From Nitrospinota bacterium (GTDB lineage Bacteria > UBA8248): a DNA stretch of 64,000 nt. Under the pieces are notes generated by a model, which did no database searches, was not told the origin of the DNA, and saw only the letters and a program-made list of their open reading frames with translations. The stretch is taken from NCBI GenBank assembly GCA_029937135.1, contig JAPYQX010000001.1, positions 5,790-69,789 on the forward strand, read 5' to 3'. How positions within the stretch are numbered: the first letter of the stretch is position 1; every line of letters begins with the position of its first letter. Positions 27,726 to 40,177 of this stretch are shown here, piece after piece. The translations under genes were made by a program, and so were the position numbers.

Positions 27726-30020
27726 TCACCTTTTCGATTTCTTCGTAGATTGGCTCTGCTTTCCGTAGATTCGCCGATATTCGTCAAGATAGCCGAGAAC
27801 TTTTTTAACGTAATTGCGCGTTTCCTGATAAGGGATTCGTTCGATAAAAACTTCAATGGGCTCCTCGCCCCGCCTGGCCCACCATTTCTTAACCACCCTT
27901 TTGCCGGCGTTGTAGCTGGCGATCGCCGGAACGAGTTCACCCTTGAATCCTTTCACCAGATCGCCCAGATAACGCGCCCCGAGGCGCACGTTCAGCGCCG
28001 GGTCGAACAGGGCTTTATCCGAGGGCCGGGGGATTTTAAGTTTTCGGGACAACCGCCGCGCCGTGGCGGGCATGAGCTGCATGAGCCCGATGGCCCCGGC
28101 GCGCGAAAAAGCGTTTCGGTCGAAAAAACTCTCCGCGCGGATGATGGCGTTGACGAGGAGCGTATCGGCGTCGCCCGGCCTTTTTTTGTTTTGTTGGAGG
28201 GGAAACGCTATTTTCCAAAAAGAAGGCGGCAGATCTTTTCCCCCCGACCGGACGGCATCCCAGAAGGATTTGTGCATGATTTTTATCGCCATGTCATGGC
28301 GTTCTCCATTGAGGTACGCCCTGGCGGTCCGGAGTTTGAAGTAGGACGAGGGCCCCAGCCGCTTGAATTCCTCGGCGGCCAGGAAATAAAACCCCATGGA
28401 GCCGAGCAACTCCCCCGCCCGCCAGTGGTTCATCGAGCCCTTGGTGAGGATGTTTTTCGGGGGGTTAAGCCAATTCCGGTAGCCGGCCGTGGGCCGGGGA
28501 ATCGGCTTGGGGGCGAATCCCGACTCGCGGGCCATGCGCCCGAGGGCGGTTATCGCCCGCTGGCCGTAGTAGCGGTGCCGATAGATCCGGGCGCATTTCA
28601 GGAAAAGCGCCTCGGCCTTTTCCCGCTCCCCCGCCCGTTCGGCGGCTGTGGCGCCCCAGAAGAGGGCCGAGGAGGCGAGGCGGTGATTTGGATGGAGGGC
28701 TTCGAATTTCTCGAATCCCCGGGCCGCCTCGAAATAATCTTTTTCTCTTAAAAGAATCCACGAAAGCTGCCAGCGGGCTTTCGGGGCAAGCGGCGAGTAG
28801 GGATGTTTTTGAATGACCTCCCGGTAGAAGCGGGCGGCGTTTTCATACTCGCCGTCGTCCTCGCTGACCCGCGCGAGGAGAAACCGCGTCCGCCCCGCCC
28901 ACATCCCGTTGGGGGCCTCCTCCAGAAGCGCGCTTGCCTCGGACTTGAAGGCCAGATGATCGTGGCGGCGCAGTTGATTTCGGGTCAGATAGAAGCGGGC
29001 CTGCGCGCGGGCGGGGGAATCGGCGGGAAACAGATGAACGGCTTCCCGGAGCGCCCGCTGGGCTTTTTCGGTCCGGCGGAGTGAATAAAGGGTAAGCGAT
29101 TCGTAGAGGCTGACCTCTCGCTGATGAGGGGATGCCGGAAAGAGGCGGGTCAGCTCCCGGTAGGCCCCAAGGGCTTTTTCGTAGTGATATTTCTTCTGAA
29201 GATGCCGGGCCCTGAGAAAATAGTCGCGCGGCCCGAAGGGGCGAAGGGGAGGGGCCAGGGCCTGGCCGGCCTCACCGGCCCGCTCGAGGGCGCGCTTCGA
29301 GGCGGCGCTCTCCGGGTAGCGGAGCCATAGCCGCCTCCATGCGACCGTGGCTTCCCTCATGCGCCCGCCTCCCTCGAAAGCCTTGGCCCTCCTGGCCAGA
29401 AATTTTCCCGCTTTTTCGTGATTCGGTTTATGGCGAAGCAACTCGCCGAGCCGGGCGGCGGCGCGAAGAAATCGGCCGTTTTGAAACTCGATCCGGGCCA
29501 TCGTCTCCAGAGCGTCCGCGACGTGCGGACTCGCCGGGTCGGTAAGAGTTAATTTCTCCAGCGCCTTTTTCGCCGCCTCGCCGTCCTTGGCGGCAAGCGA
29601 CGCCCTTGCCGAAAAGTGAAGGATATGGGAGCGAAGCTCGGGCGCTTGGCGAAGGGCGCGTCTGAAATAGGATACGGCGTCCTGGTTGCGTTTCAGCTTT
29701 AACGAAGCGTAACCGAGTAAAAAAGAGCGGCGACCGTTCAACTGAGAGGTGTGTTCCTCCAGCCGGGACACCAGCTTTTTATAATTTTTCTTTTTGATGA
29801 GACGAAGTAAATCTTTTGGAAGCGCGGAAATCATCGGTGGTTTTTTCCGCTTGTTTCTTCTCTTGCTTGTTTTCTTTTTTAATTTGAAACCGGTTTTGGA
29901 GGGTTTCTTCAAATCAATGGAGGGGATCGGTATTTTAGGAGCGGAATGGGAATGGGAAAGGGAAGCAAAAGAATATACGGCGGCGAATGTCAGAGTGAAA
30001 ATAATTTTTCGGCGAACCAT
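27726..30020 (-). CDS. soluble lytic murein transglycosylase (Slt70-like; superhelical repeat domain plus SLT catalytic domain)
   Basis: Signal peptide, long TPR-like helical region, and a C-terminal SLT domain (ESFFDRNAFSRAGAIGLMQLMPATA....SYNAG). Confidence 0.85.
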   Translation of the reverse strand: MVRRKIIFTLTFAAVYSFASLSHSHSAPKIPIPSIDLKKPSKTGFKLKKKTSKRRNKRKKPPMISALPKDLLRLIKKKNYKKLVSRLEEHTSQLNGRRSFLLGYASLKLKRNQDAVSYFRRALRQAPELRSHILHFSARASLAAKDGEAAKKALEKLTLTDPASPHVADALETMARIEFQNGRFLRAAARLGELLRHKPNHEKAGKFLARRAKAFEGGGRMREATVAWRRLWLRYPESAASKRALERAGEAGQALAPPLRPFGPRDYFLRARHLQKKYHYEKALGAYRELTRLFPASPHQREVSLYESLTLYSLRRTEKAQRALREAVHLFPADSPARAQARFYLTRNQLRRHDHLAFKSEASALLEEAPNGMWAGRTRFLLARVSEDDGEYENAARFYREVIQKHPYSPLAPKARWQLSWILLREKDYFEAARGFEKFEALHPNHRLASSALFWGATAAERAGEREKAEALFLKCARIYRHRYYGQRAITALGRMARESGFAPKPIPRPTAGYRNWLNPPKNILTKGSMNHWRAGELLGSMGFYFLAAEEFKRLGPSSYFKLRTARAYLNGERHDMAIKIMHKSFWDAVRSGGKDLPPSFWKIAFPLQQNKKRPGDADTLLVNAIIRAESFFDRNAFSRAGAIGLMQLMPATARRLSRKLKIPRPSDKALFDPALNVRLGARYLGDLVKGFKGELVPAIASYNAGKRVVKKWWARRGEEPIEVFIERIPYQETRNYVKKVLGYLDEYRRIYGKQSQSTKKSKR

Positions 30021-31252
30021 TACTTTTTCGCGGTTCCGGTGCTTGAAGCCGGGCGCCCGCCCTCGACCCGAAGCTTTTCGTTTCGAAACGCTTCCTTGAC
30101 CCGGTCTCTCGCTTTTTTATCGAGGAAGATATCGACGCCGGTCATCGCGAGAGCCTTGGCCCCGAGGATAAGTGTTTTTTTCCCGGCGACTCCTCCAGCA
30201 GCCCTGGCGAAGGCCTGCGTGTGCGCGGAGATATCGGGCGATACCATTTGAATCTCGGGATGAATGGTGGGCGCGTTCTGGCTGGCGTTCCCGACATCCG
30301 AAGAACCCATGGCAAGGGGAGGAAGCGGATCCAGCTCAAAGACGCCCAGACTTTCGAGATTTTTTCTGAATAGAGAGGCCAACTCTCCGTTTACGCGCAT
30401 GGGCGCGTAGGTGATCGGATTTTTTTCGACGCGGACCCTGGTTCCGGTGGCGCGCGCCGCCCCCCTGGCGCAGTTGATGACTCGCTGGACAATATCATCG
30501 AGGCCTTTCGCGGTTTCACTCCGGACGTAAAACCAGGCGGATGCCTTTTCGGGGATGATGTTGGGCGCTTCTCCGCCCTCGGTGATCACTCCGTGGACCT
30601 TGGCGCCCGGCGGAAGGTGCTGCCTGAGAGCGGAAATGGCGCTGAATGTGGCGAGAACGCCATCCAGCGCGTTGATTCCTTTTTCGTGGGCCGCCGATGC
30701 ATGGGAGGCTTTGCCGTGAAAACGAAATCGAAGCTCCGCCAGGGCGAGGAAATTGACCATCGCGCGGGTCTCCCCCGAAGGATGCATCATCATATTGGCG
30801 TCGATTTTCCGGAAAAAACCCTTTTTCGCCATGATAACTTTTCCGCCCCCGCCCTCCTCGGCGGGTGTCCCAAGGACCTGGACGCCGCCTGCCTCGGGCC
30901 CCAAGACACTGACCAGCGCGGCGCCGGCTCCTGCGCTGGCCATGGCGATTACGTTGTGCCCGCAGGCATGTCCCAGGCCGGGAAGAGCATCGTATTCGGC
31001 CATGAACGAGACCACCGGCTTGCCCGCGCCCTTGGCCGGACGTTTTGCCCTGAAAGCGGTGGGAAGGTCCGCCACCCCCATCTCGACGCTGAAGCCCCGC
31101 TCCTCCAGGAACCGGGCGACGGCCGCCGAGGCGCGTTTTTCCTGAAAAGCCAGTTCGGGGTGGCGGTGGAGTTCGAGGGAAAGGGACCAAAGAGAAGGCA
31201 CTGCCACATCGATGCTCACGGCGACAGCGGATTTGATTCGGTCGAGTTCCAT
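30020..31252 (-). CDS. M20-family amidohydrolase (AbgB/hippurate hydrolase-like)
   Basis: Start MELDRIKSAV. HACGHN and other M20D metal-ligand motifs. Confidence 0.85.
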   Translation of the reverse strand: MELDRIKSAVAVSIDVAVPSLWSLSLELHRHPELAFQEKRASAAVARFLEERGFSVEMGVADLPTAFRAKRPAKGAGKPVVSFMAEYDALPGLGHACGHNVIAMASAGAGAALVSVLGPEAGGVQVLGTPAEEGGGGKVIMAKKGFFRKIDANMMMHPSGETRAMVNFLALAELRFRFHGKASHASAAHEKGINALDGVLATFSAISALRQHLPPGAKVHGVITEGGEAPNIIPEKASAWFYVRSETAKGLDDIVQRVINCARGAARATGTRVRVEKNPITYAPMRVNGELASLFRKNLESLGVFELDPLPPLAMGSSDVGNASQNAPTIHPEIQMVSPDISAHTQAFARAAGGVAGKKTLILGAKALAMTGVDIFLDKKARDRVKEAFRNEKLRVEGGRPASSTGTAKK

Positions 31253-31340
31253 GACAAGGACCCATGGGCGGATTGACCAGCGATTATCGCCGGAGCTTAG
31301 AATTGATGTCAACGATTCGTCGAAAACAACTGTATTGACG

Positions 31341-32144
31341 ATGATTGTTAAAAAAGCAATACTTTTCCTGCCCGCCCGACGGAGAATGGTCTTGCAGTTT
31401 ATTCTTGCACCGGCGCTGGCGGTTGGCGAAAGCTTGCCCGCTGCTCAGACTGGTTTGGATATCTGGAGCCTGGCCTTTGGCTCCAGCGGTGTTGTTTTTT
31501 TTGTCCTGCTTATCTTGATTTTTTTCTCGTTGGCCTCCTGGGCGATTATCATCTGGAAATTCATCGAACTTCGGCGGGCGAAAATCGCCTGTGATGATTT
31601 CCTGATGACTTTCTGGCAAGCCAAGCGGCTCGATCAGCTCTACGAGGAGGCCGTCGTCACCGAGGGAAATCCCGTTGTCGAGGTTTTCACGGCGGGCTAC
31701 CGCGAGGCGGAGCATGTCCTCAAGGCGCGGACGAGAAACGCCTCCGAGGATTCGTCGGTCCTGACCTCCGAGCTGTCAGGCGTGGAGAGCGTGGAGCGCG
31801 CTCTCCGGCGGGCGGCGAACCAGGAAATCTCAAACCTCGAGCGCCTTATTACTTTTTTGGCCACGACGGCCAGCGCGACCCCGTTTATCGGTCTTTTTGG
31901 AACCGTTTGGGGGATCATGAAATCGTTTCGCGACATCGGCGTCCAGGGGTCCGCCGGGCTGGCGGTCGTCGCTCCCGGAATCAGCGAGGCGCTGATCGCC
32001 ACGGCGCTCGGCCTGGCGGCGGCGATTCCCGCTGTTATCGCGTATAATCACTTTCAGAATCGCATCAAGGTTCTCTCCGACGAAATCGAGAACTTTACAG
32101 CGGACTTTCTCAATCTCGTTGGTCGCCATTTCATGAGTATGTAG
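31341..32144 (+). CDS. tolQ: Tol-Pal system protein TolQ (MotA/TolQ/ExbB proton-channel family)
   Basis: Three TM helices and the C-terminal motif TTASATPFIGLFGTVWGIM. The start is uncertain (alternatives at 31386 or a TTG further downstream). Confidence 0.8.
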   Translation: MIVKKAILFLPARRRMVLQFILAPALAVGESLPAAQTGLDIWSLAFGSSGVVFFVLLILIFFSLASWAIIIWKFIELRRAKIACDDFLMTFWQAKRLDQLYEEAVVTEGNPVVEVFTAGYREAEHVLKARTRNASEDSSVLTSELSGVESVERALRRAANQEISNLERLITFLATTASATPFIGLFGTVWGIMKSFRDIGVQGSAGLAVVAPGISEALIATALGLAAAIPAVIAYNHFQNRIKVLSDEIENFTADFLNLVGRHFMSM

Positions 32145-32160
32145 GCTCCGGAGCGGACAT

Positions 32161-32610
32161 TTGGCCGGTCACATCAACCGCGGCGGCGGCTCACGCCTAT
32201 CGGAAATCAACGTAACCCCCTTTGTGGACGTGATGCTCGTCCTGCTGATTATTTTCATGGTAACGGCTCCGATGCTCGAACAGCAGCAGAGCCAAGTGAA
32301 TGTCGATCTACCCGACGTGATGGCCGCTCCATCGAGCGCGGCCGAGGGCGCCGTAGTCATCACGGTGGATATCGGCCGGCGAATTTATATTAACGATAAC
32401 GAAGTAAAACCGGAGGATCTCGAGGTGAAGCTGACCCTCCTATTTAAAAGCCGGGCGCGCAAGGAGATTTTCCTCCGGGCCGATCAGGCCGTACCCTATG
32501 GCGATGTGGTGAAGACAATGGCGGCCATCCGCAAAGCGGGAATCACGCACCTAAACATGGTAACCGAACCGCTGGAGCGTAAAAGCAGAAAAACCTCACG
32601 CCGCCGATAA
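32161..32610 (+). CDS. tolR: Tol-Pal system protein TolR (ExbD/TolR family)
   Basis: TTG start 8 nt after GGAG. SEINVTPFVDVMLVLLIIFM TM helix followed by a periplasmic domain. Confidence 0.85.
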   Translation: MAGHINRGGGSRLSEINVTPFVDVMLVLLIIFMVTAPMLEQQQSQVNVDLPDVMAAPSSAAEGAVVITVDIGRRIYINDNEVKPEDLEVKLTLLFKSRARKEIFLRADQAVPYGDVVKTMAAIRKAGITHLNMVTEPLERKSRKTSRRR

Positions 32611-32625
32611 GCCCAGTTTCATAAA

Positions 32626-33744
32626 ATGAGCGAAAAAACCCCCAACCCCCCCTCCGGAGAAACCTCCGGCTCCACCCCGCCCCTCAGGGGGTTCGGCGGA
32701 GCGCCGTATAATGGCGGGGTGCGCGTTCTTTTCCGCGATAAAAAGTTCCGGTGGGCCTGGGGAATTTCGCTCATCCTCCACGCGGTGCTGTTCGCTACCG
32801 CCGCATGGTCCCCCTCGTCGGCGAATTACCGATTCTTCGGGAGCGGAACGGCGGTCAGCCTCGTGGGGGTGGACGAAATCCCGGGGGGGTCGGCCCGAGG
32901 AAAATCCGGTGATCGCCCGGAGGACGTACAAAAGCCCAAATCCTCCGGAGGCGGCAAGGCCCGGAAAATCGCCGCGCCCGAAAAAAATAGCAAGAAAAAA
33001 AAGACCAAGGCCCGGAAAATCGCCGCGCCCGAAAAAAATAGCAAGAAAAAAAAGACCAAGGCGCGTAAACGCCGGGTCCGGAAGAAAAAATTTCCTCCGA
33101 AAAAATCGGCCAGAAAGCTACTGTTAGATAAGAAAAAAAAGAATAAAAAGAAGAAGAAAAAAATGAGCAGGGTGCACCGGGCCCGGCTCAAGCGGCTGAG
33201 AGCGCGCCGGGCCAGGCTGAAAAAATGGCGCAACAGACAAAAGAAGGTGGTCAAGGGCAAGGCGAAGGCGCCCTCTTCCTCCAGGCCTCCTTCTGCCAAG
33301 AAGAGCCGAAAAACGAAGAAGCTGGTCGGAGACCGCGTCGCGAAAGTTGCGCCGGCCAAGCCTAAGGCAGGTTACCCCGGCGAGGGCGGGGGTGACGGCC
33401 AGGGCGGCGGGAGTTTGGGCGGCGGGAGCGGCGGGGTCGCGCGGACCGAAATCGACCGTTATTATGGTCTCCTGGGCGAGCGGGTGAGAAATTTCTGGAC
33501 CGTTCCGGAGATTTTCTCCGATCTCGAAAAACTAAGGACCGTTGTGATTTTCGATGTTTCGCGCGAGGGTGAAATTCGCCGTCTCCGCATCGAGAAAACG
33601 AGCGGCAACCGGATATACGAGACCGCAGCGCTGCGGGCGGTTCAGCGCGCCGCCAACCCCTCTCTTCCTCGGCCGCCCAATACGGTGACGGAAGAGTGGC
33701 TCCAATTGGGCTTTCGATTTTGCGGGAAGAGTTTATGCCGTTAA
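32626..33744 (+). CDS. tolA: TolA-like protein (TM anchor, Lys-rich helical linker, TonB/TolA C-terminal domain)
   Basis: N-terminal TM helix (WAWGISLILHAVLFATAAW), a K/R-rich central region containing a tandem duplication, and a C-terminal TolA/TonB-type domain. Confidence 0.75.
   Translation: MSEKTPNPPSGETSGSTPPLRGFGGAPYNGGVRVLFRDKKFRWAWGISLILHAVLFATAAWSPSSANYRFFGSGTAVSLVGVDEIPGGSARGKSGDRPEDVQKPKSSGGGKARKIAAPEKNSKKKKTKARKIAAPEKNSKKKKTKARKRRVRKKKFPPKKSARKLLLDKKKKNKKKKKKMSRVHRARLKRLRARRARLKKWRNRQKKVVKGKAKAPSSSRPPSAKKSRKTKKLVGDRVAKVAPAKPKAGYPGEGGGDGQGGGSLGGGSGGVARTEIDRYYGLLGERVRNFWTVPEIFSDLEKLRTVVIFDVSREGEIRRLRIEKTSGNRIYETAALRAVQRAANPSLPRPPNTVTEEWLQLGFRFCGKSLCR
32956..33057 (+). repeat. perfect 51-bp tandem duplication (2 copies) inside tolA, encoding KARKIAAPEKNSKKKKT twice
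   Basis: 32956-33006 equals 33007-33057. It contains A7-A8 tracts. Confidence 0.9.
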
Positions 33745-33758
33745 CGGAGATGATTCTG

Positions 33759-35129
33759 ATGATTCGGACTGGAACCTGGCGGGGGAGAATTGGCCGCCGC
33801 CGCAGTGGATGGATTGCCGCGGGGGTTGTTTTGTTTGTGCTGGCGGCCGGGGGAGGCTTCACGGGGCGGGCCGAGGGTGCTCCCAAGGGCCGCGTCTATA
33901 TGGATTTATACTCGCCAAGCGCGAGGAGAATTCGCCTTGCCATCCCCGAGCTTCGCCCGCTGGGGGGCAAACGCGACCCGATGGGGCTTCGCATCGCCGA
34001 GATTATCGAATCCGATCTTCAGCGCAGCGGTTTGTTTTTCGTCCGAAACCGGAAAGGGTATCTCGAGAATCCGCTTAAATCGGGAATCCGGAAAAACGAG
34101 CAGCGCTTCAAGGAATGGCTCAACGTCGTCAAGGTCGAGGGATTGATCAAAGGGGGCTACCGCATATCGGGAAATACGATTGAAGTGGAAATGTATCTCT
34201 ACGACACCGCGCGCGGGGTGCAGGAGCTCGGGAAGCGGTACCGCTATCCTCGTTCGAACTGGAGGCTGCTCGCACACCGGTTCGCCAATTCCGTGCTCGA
34301 GCGCTACACCGGCCAAAAAGGTATATTCCACACCCAGCTTGCTTTTGTGTCCCGCCGCTCCATAAAACACCGGGGCGAAATTTACATCATGGATTGGGAT
34401 GGCGCCCAGCTCCGCCGCGTCACGCGCAACGGGCAGGGCAACAACGCCCCCGTCTGGTCGCCGGACGGAAAATGGCTGGCCTACTCATCTTTTAAAACGA
34501 GGGTGCCCGGCGTATTTATTCTTCCGACGAACGGGGGCAGGGAGTTCCGGGTTAGCTCGAGGCGGGACCAGGCGATTGGCGGCGCGTTCTCCCCGGACAG
34601 CCGTTATTTCGCCTACTCCCAACTCACCGGCCGAAACTATGAAATTTACCGGTACGATATGTTCTCTCGTGTGAGGAAGCGCCTTACGAGAAATTTTGGA
34701 GTCGATGTTACGCCGTCCTTTTCACCGGACGGTAAAAAAATCGTGTTTTCTTCGGGCCGCAACGGAAACCCCCAGATCTACGTCATGAACGTCAACGGCT
34801 CCGGGGTGCGGCGAATCTCTCAGCGGGGGACCTACAATACCGAGCCGGAATGGAGCCCCAGGGGCGACCGAATCGCTTTTACCGGCCGGGTTACGGACGG
34901 CTCCTCCATCGATATCGTTACGGTGAATCCCGACGGGAGCGATTTGCGCCGCCTGACCGGGGGCCAGCGAAGGAATGAGTCTCCCACCTGGTCTCCGGAC
35001 GGCAGGAATATTGCGTTTTCCTCAGATCGCTCGGGCCAGAAATACATTTATGTGATGACCTCGGCCGGAACCCAGCTAAAACGCCTTCAATTGGGACAAG
35101 AACCCTCCTGGTCGCCCTCTCTCCCGTGA
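33759..35129 (+). CDS. tolB: Tol-Pal system beta-propeller protein TolB
   Basis: Signal peptide, TolB N-terminal domain, and repeated WSPDG beta-propeller blades (SPDGKWLAY, FSPDS, FSPDGKK, WSPRGD, WSPDGRN). Confidence 0.9.
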   Translation: MIRTGTWRGRIGRRRSGWIAAGVVLFVLAAGGGFTGRAEGAPKGRVYMDLYSPSARRIRLAIPELRPLGGKRDPMGLRIAEIIESDLQRSGLFFVRNRKGYLENPLKSGIRKNEQRFKEWLNVVKVEGLIKGGYRISGNTIEVEMYLYDTARGVQELGKRYRYPRSNWRLLAHRFANSVLERYTGQKGIFHTQLAFVSRRSIKHRGEIYIMDWDGAQLRRVTRNGQGNNAPVWSPDGKWLAYSSFKTRVPGVFILPTNGGREFRVSSRRDQAIGGAFSPDSRYFAYSQLTGRNYEIYRYDMFSRVRKRLTRNFGVDVTPSFSPDGKKIVFSSGRNGNPQIYVMNVNGSGVRRISQRGTYNTEPEWSPRGDRIAFTGRVTDGSSIDIVTVNPDGSDLRRLTGGQRRNESPTWSPDGRNIAFSSDRSGQKYIYVMTSAGTQLKRLQLGQEPSWSPSLP

Positions 35130-35251
35130 CGAGGGTCACAAAAATACAGGATAAGGCTTGCCCCTTATCCATCAAGGCCTTATACTCTCCCATCGTGACT
35201 TCAATGAATGTGGGGGCACCATCCCGCCCTGATTCGGGGGCGTATCTTGTG

Positions 35252-35277
35252 AAGGGGACGGCTCCCCTTTGTTTTTA
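35252..35277 (+). terminator. terminator-like hairpin plus T-run after tolB
   Basis: AAGGGGA-CGGC-TCCCCTT followed by TGTTTTT. Confidence 0.45.
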
Positions 35278-35330
35278 TGCTTCCCGCTCCAATTGAATAC
35301 TATACAGAGGGCTGCGAGGAGGATGTTTGA

Positions 35331-35909
35331 ATGGGATATATCAAGCAATTTAAATTCGTTGTACTAGGAGGAGCAGCCCTGCTCCTTGCGGTGGGATGTG
35401 CTCAGCAGACGGTAAAATCCGATGAAGCGGTGGCTTCGGCTTCCCCGGCCATGAAAATGGGGAAATCTTCTACTCCCCGGGCCATGAGCGAAGGGAGCAT
35501 GACCGAGTCCGAACGCCGGCGAAAGCGGGCGACCTTCAAAAGATCGTTGAGCGAATTCGAGGATTCTCTTGTCTATTTCGATTTTGATCGCTCGGCAATC
35601 CGGGCCGATATGCGGGCTGTCCTCGACCGCAAGGCGCAATTTCTCCTCGATTTTTCGACCGTTCGCATCCAGATCGAGGGTCATTGCGACGAAAGGGGCA
35701 CCGCCGAGTATAATGTCGCCCTGGGCCACCGCCGCGGCCAGACCGCGAAGGACTATCTGGTCTCGCTCGGTGTGGCGTCTTCGAGAATTGATACGGTAAG
35801 CTATGGGGAAGAGCGGCCCTCCAATGCGGCCTCCCACGAGCTCGCGTGGGCCCAGAATCGCCGGGCGAAATTCAACGTGATTGGCGGCATTCCCTCGGGG
35901 ATGAATTAA
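35331..35909 (+). CDS. pal: peptidoglycan-associated lipoprotein Pal
   Basis: Lipobox LLLAVGC. OmpA-like domain with YFDFDRS...NRRAKF. GAGGAGG RBS. Confidence 0.9.
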   Translation: MGYIKQFKFVVLGGAALLLAVGCAQQTVKSDEAVASASPAMKMGKSSTPRAMSEGSMTESERRRKRATFKRSLSEFEDSLVYFDFDRSAIRADMRAVLDRKAQFLLDFSTVRIQIEGHCDERGTAEYNVALGHRRGQTAKDYLVSLGVASSRIDTVSYGEERPSNAASHELAWAQNRRAKFNVIGGIPSGMN

Positions 35910-35936
35910 GGATTTTGTTTTTCGCGCTTTAAAGGA

Positions 35937-35969
35937 CTCCCCGGCGGCAATCCGCCGGGGAGTTTTTTT
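35937..35969 (+). terminator. Rho-independent terminator after pal (11-bp stem, 4-nt loop, T7)
   Basis: CTCCCCGGCGG-CAAT-CCGCCGGGGAG followed by TTTTTTT. It ends 2 nt before the cpoB ATG. Confidence 0.6.
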
Positions 35970-35971
35970 CT

Positions 35972-39071
<3,100 letters not shown>

Positions 39072-39167
39072 CGAAAATGACTGATTTTATTAGGATTTCC
39101 TGGAAATGGACGACTCAAATCCCCCATCTACCCCGCATCCAGAATCTTCAAGCAGCAACCTGTCGAG

Positions 39168-40058
39168 TTGCGAGCCGGCCTCGTGAGTAAAATTCGTAAA
39201 GCTGTTTTTCCGGCTGCCGGTCTGGGCACCCGTTTTCTGCCCGCCACCAAGGCGATTCCCAAGGAAATGTTGCCGATAGTGGACATACCTCAGATTCAGG
39301 TGGGTGTTCAGGAGGCGCTCGACGCCGGGTTCGAGGACATCATATTCATCACCGGCCGGGGCAAGGTCTCGGTGGTGGATCATTTCGATGTTTCCTACGA
39401 GCTTGAGGAGCATCTCCGGAGCCGAGGGAAATCCGATCTGTATTCGCTCACACGGGAGGTCGCCGAAAAGGCGCATGTCGTATCCATCCGGCAAAAAAAC
39501 CCGCTCGGCCTTGGCCATGCGGTTTTGTGCGCTAAATCCGTTATTGGCGACGAGCCTTTTGCCGTGATTTTGAGCGACGATATTATCCAAAGCCGGCAAC
39601 CGGTCATCGGCCAGATGGCCGAGGCTTACGAGAAGTACGGTGGCGCTATTCTTTCGGTGATGGAGGTGGATGAGGGGGAAATATCGAAATACGGATGTGC
39701 AATCCCCGCCGACGCCCCCTCGCCGGGCCCCCGGCTCACTCCGCTCAAGGGCATGGTCGAGAAGCCTTCGGCCAGCGACGCGCCATCGAACCTGGCGATC
39801 ATCGGGCGCTATATTCTTCCGCCCGAGATATTCGATTGTCTCGAAAAAGTATCGCCCGACGCCAACGGAGAAATTCAGCTGACCGACGGAATCCGTTTAC
39901 TTCTTGAGAAATCTCCGGTGTTCGCCTATGAGTTCGAGGGCAAGCGCTATGACGTTGGAGATAAACTTGGATTTTTACAGGCAACCGTGGAATTCGCGCT
40001 GGCCCGCGACGATATCGGCCCCCCGTTCAGGGAATATTTGAGGAGCCTGGATCTGTAA
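39168..40058 (+). CDS. galU: UTP--glucose-1-phosphate uridylyltransferase
   Basis: KAVFPAAGLGTRFLPATKAIPKEMLP and VEKP motifs. The start may instead be GTG at 39183. Confidence 0.85.
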   Translation: MRAGLVSKIRKAVFPAAGLGTRFLPATKAIPKEMLPIVDIPQIQVGVQEALDAGFEDIIFITGRGKVSVVDHFDVSYELEEHLRSRGKSDLYSLTREVAEKAHVVSIRQKNPLGLGHAVLCAKSVIGDEPFAVILSDDIIQSRQPVIGQMAEAYEKYGGAILSVMEVDEGEISKYGCAIPADAPSPGPRLTPLKGMVEKPSASDAPSNLAIIGRYILPPEIFDCLEKVSPDANGEIQLTDGIRLLLEKSPVFAYEFEGKRYDVGDKLGFLQATVEFALARDDIGPPFREYLRSLDL

Positions 40059-40074
40059 TGACTCTGTCAGAGCC

Positions 40075-40104
40075 TCCGGACGAACCCCATCCTCCGGATT
40101 TTTT
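40075..40104 (+). terminator. weak terminator-like hairpin plus T6 after galU
   Basis: The self-complementary TCCGGA copies at 40075-40080 and 40093-40098 form a 6-bp stem around a 12-nt loop, followed by TTTTTT at 40099-40104. Confidence 0.35.
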
Positions 40105-40177
40105 ACAAAGGGTTATTGCCTCATGTGTCCCCGGTTGGCCGGAGTCGTGTTTTCGGCCCCGGCTTGGGGTTTAAGTC

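Noticed and set aside
35126-35170. Additional hairpins GTGAC-GAGG-GTCAC plus A-run, and GGATAAGG-CTTGCC-CCTTATCC, right after tolB
   Set aside because: Neither is followed by a U-run on the plus strand. They may be REP-like or stabilising structures. The proper terminator is the downstream hairpin at 35252-35277.
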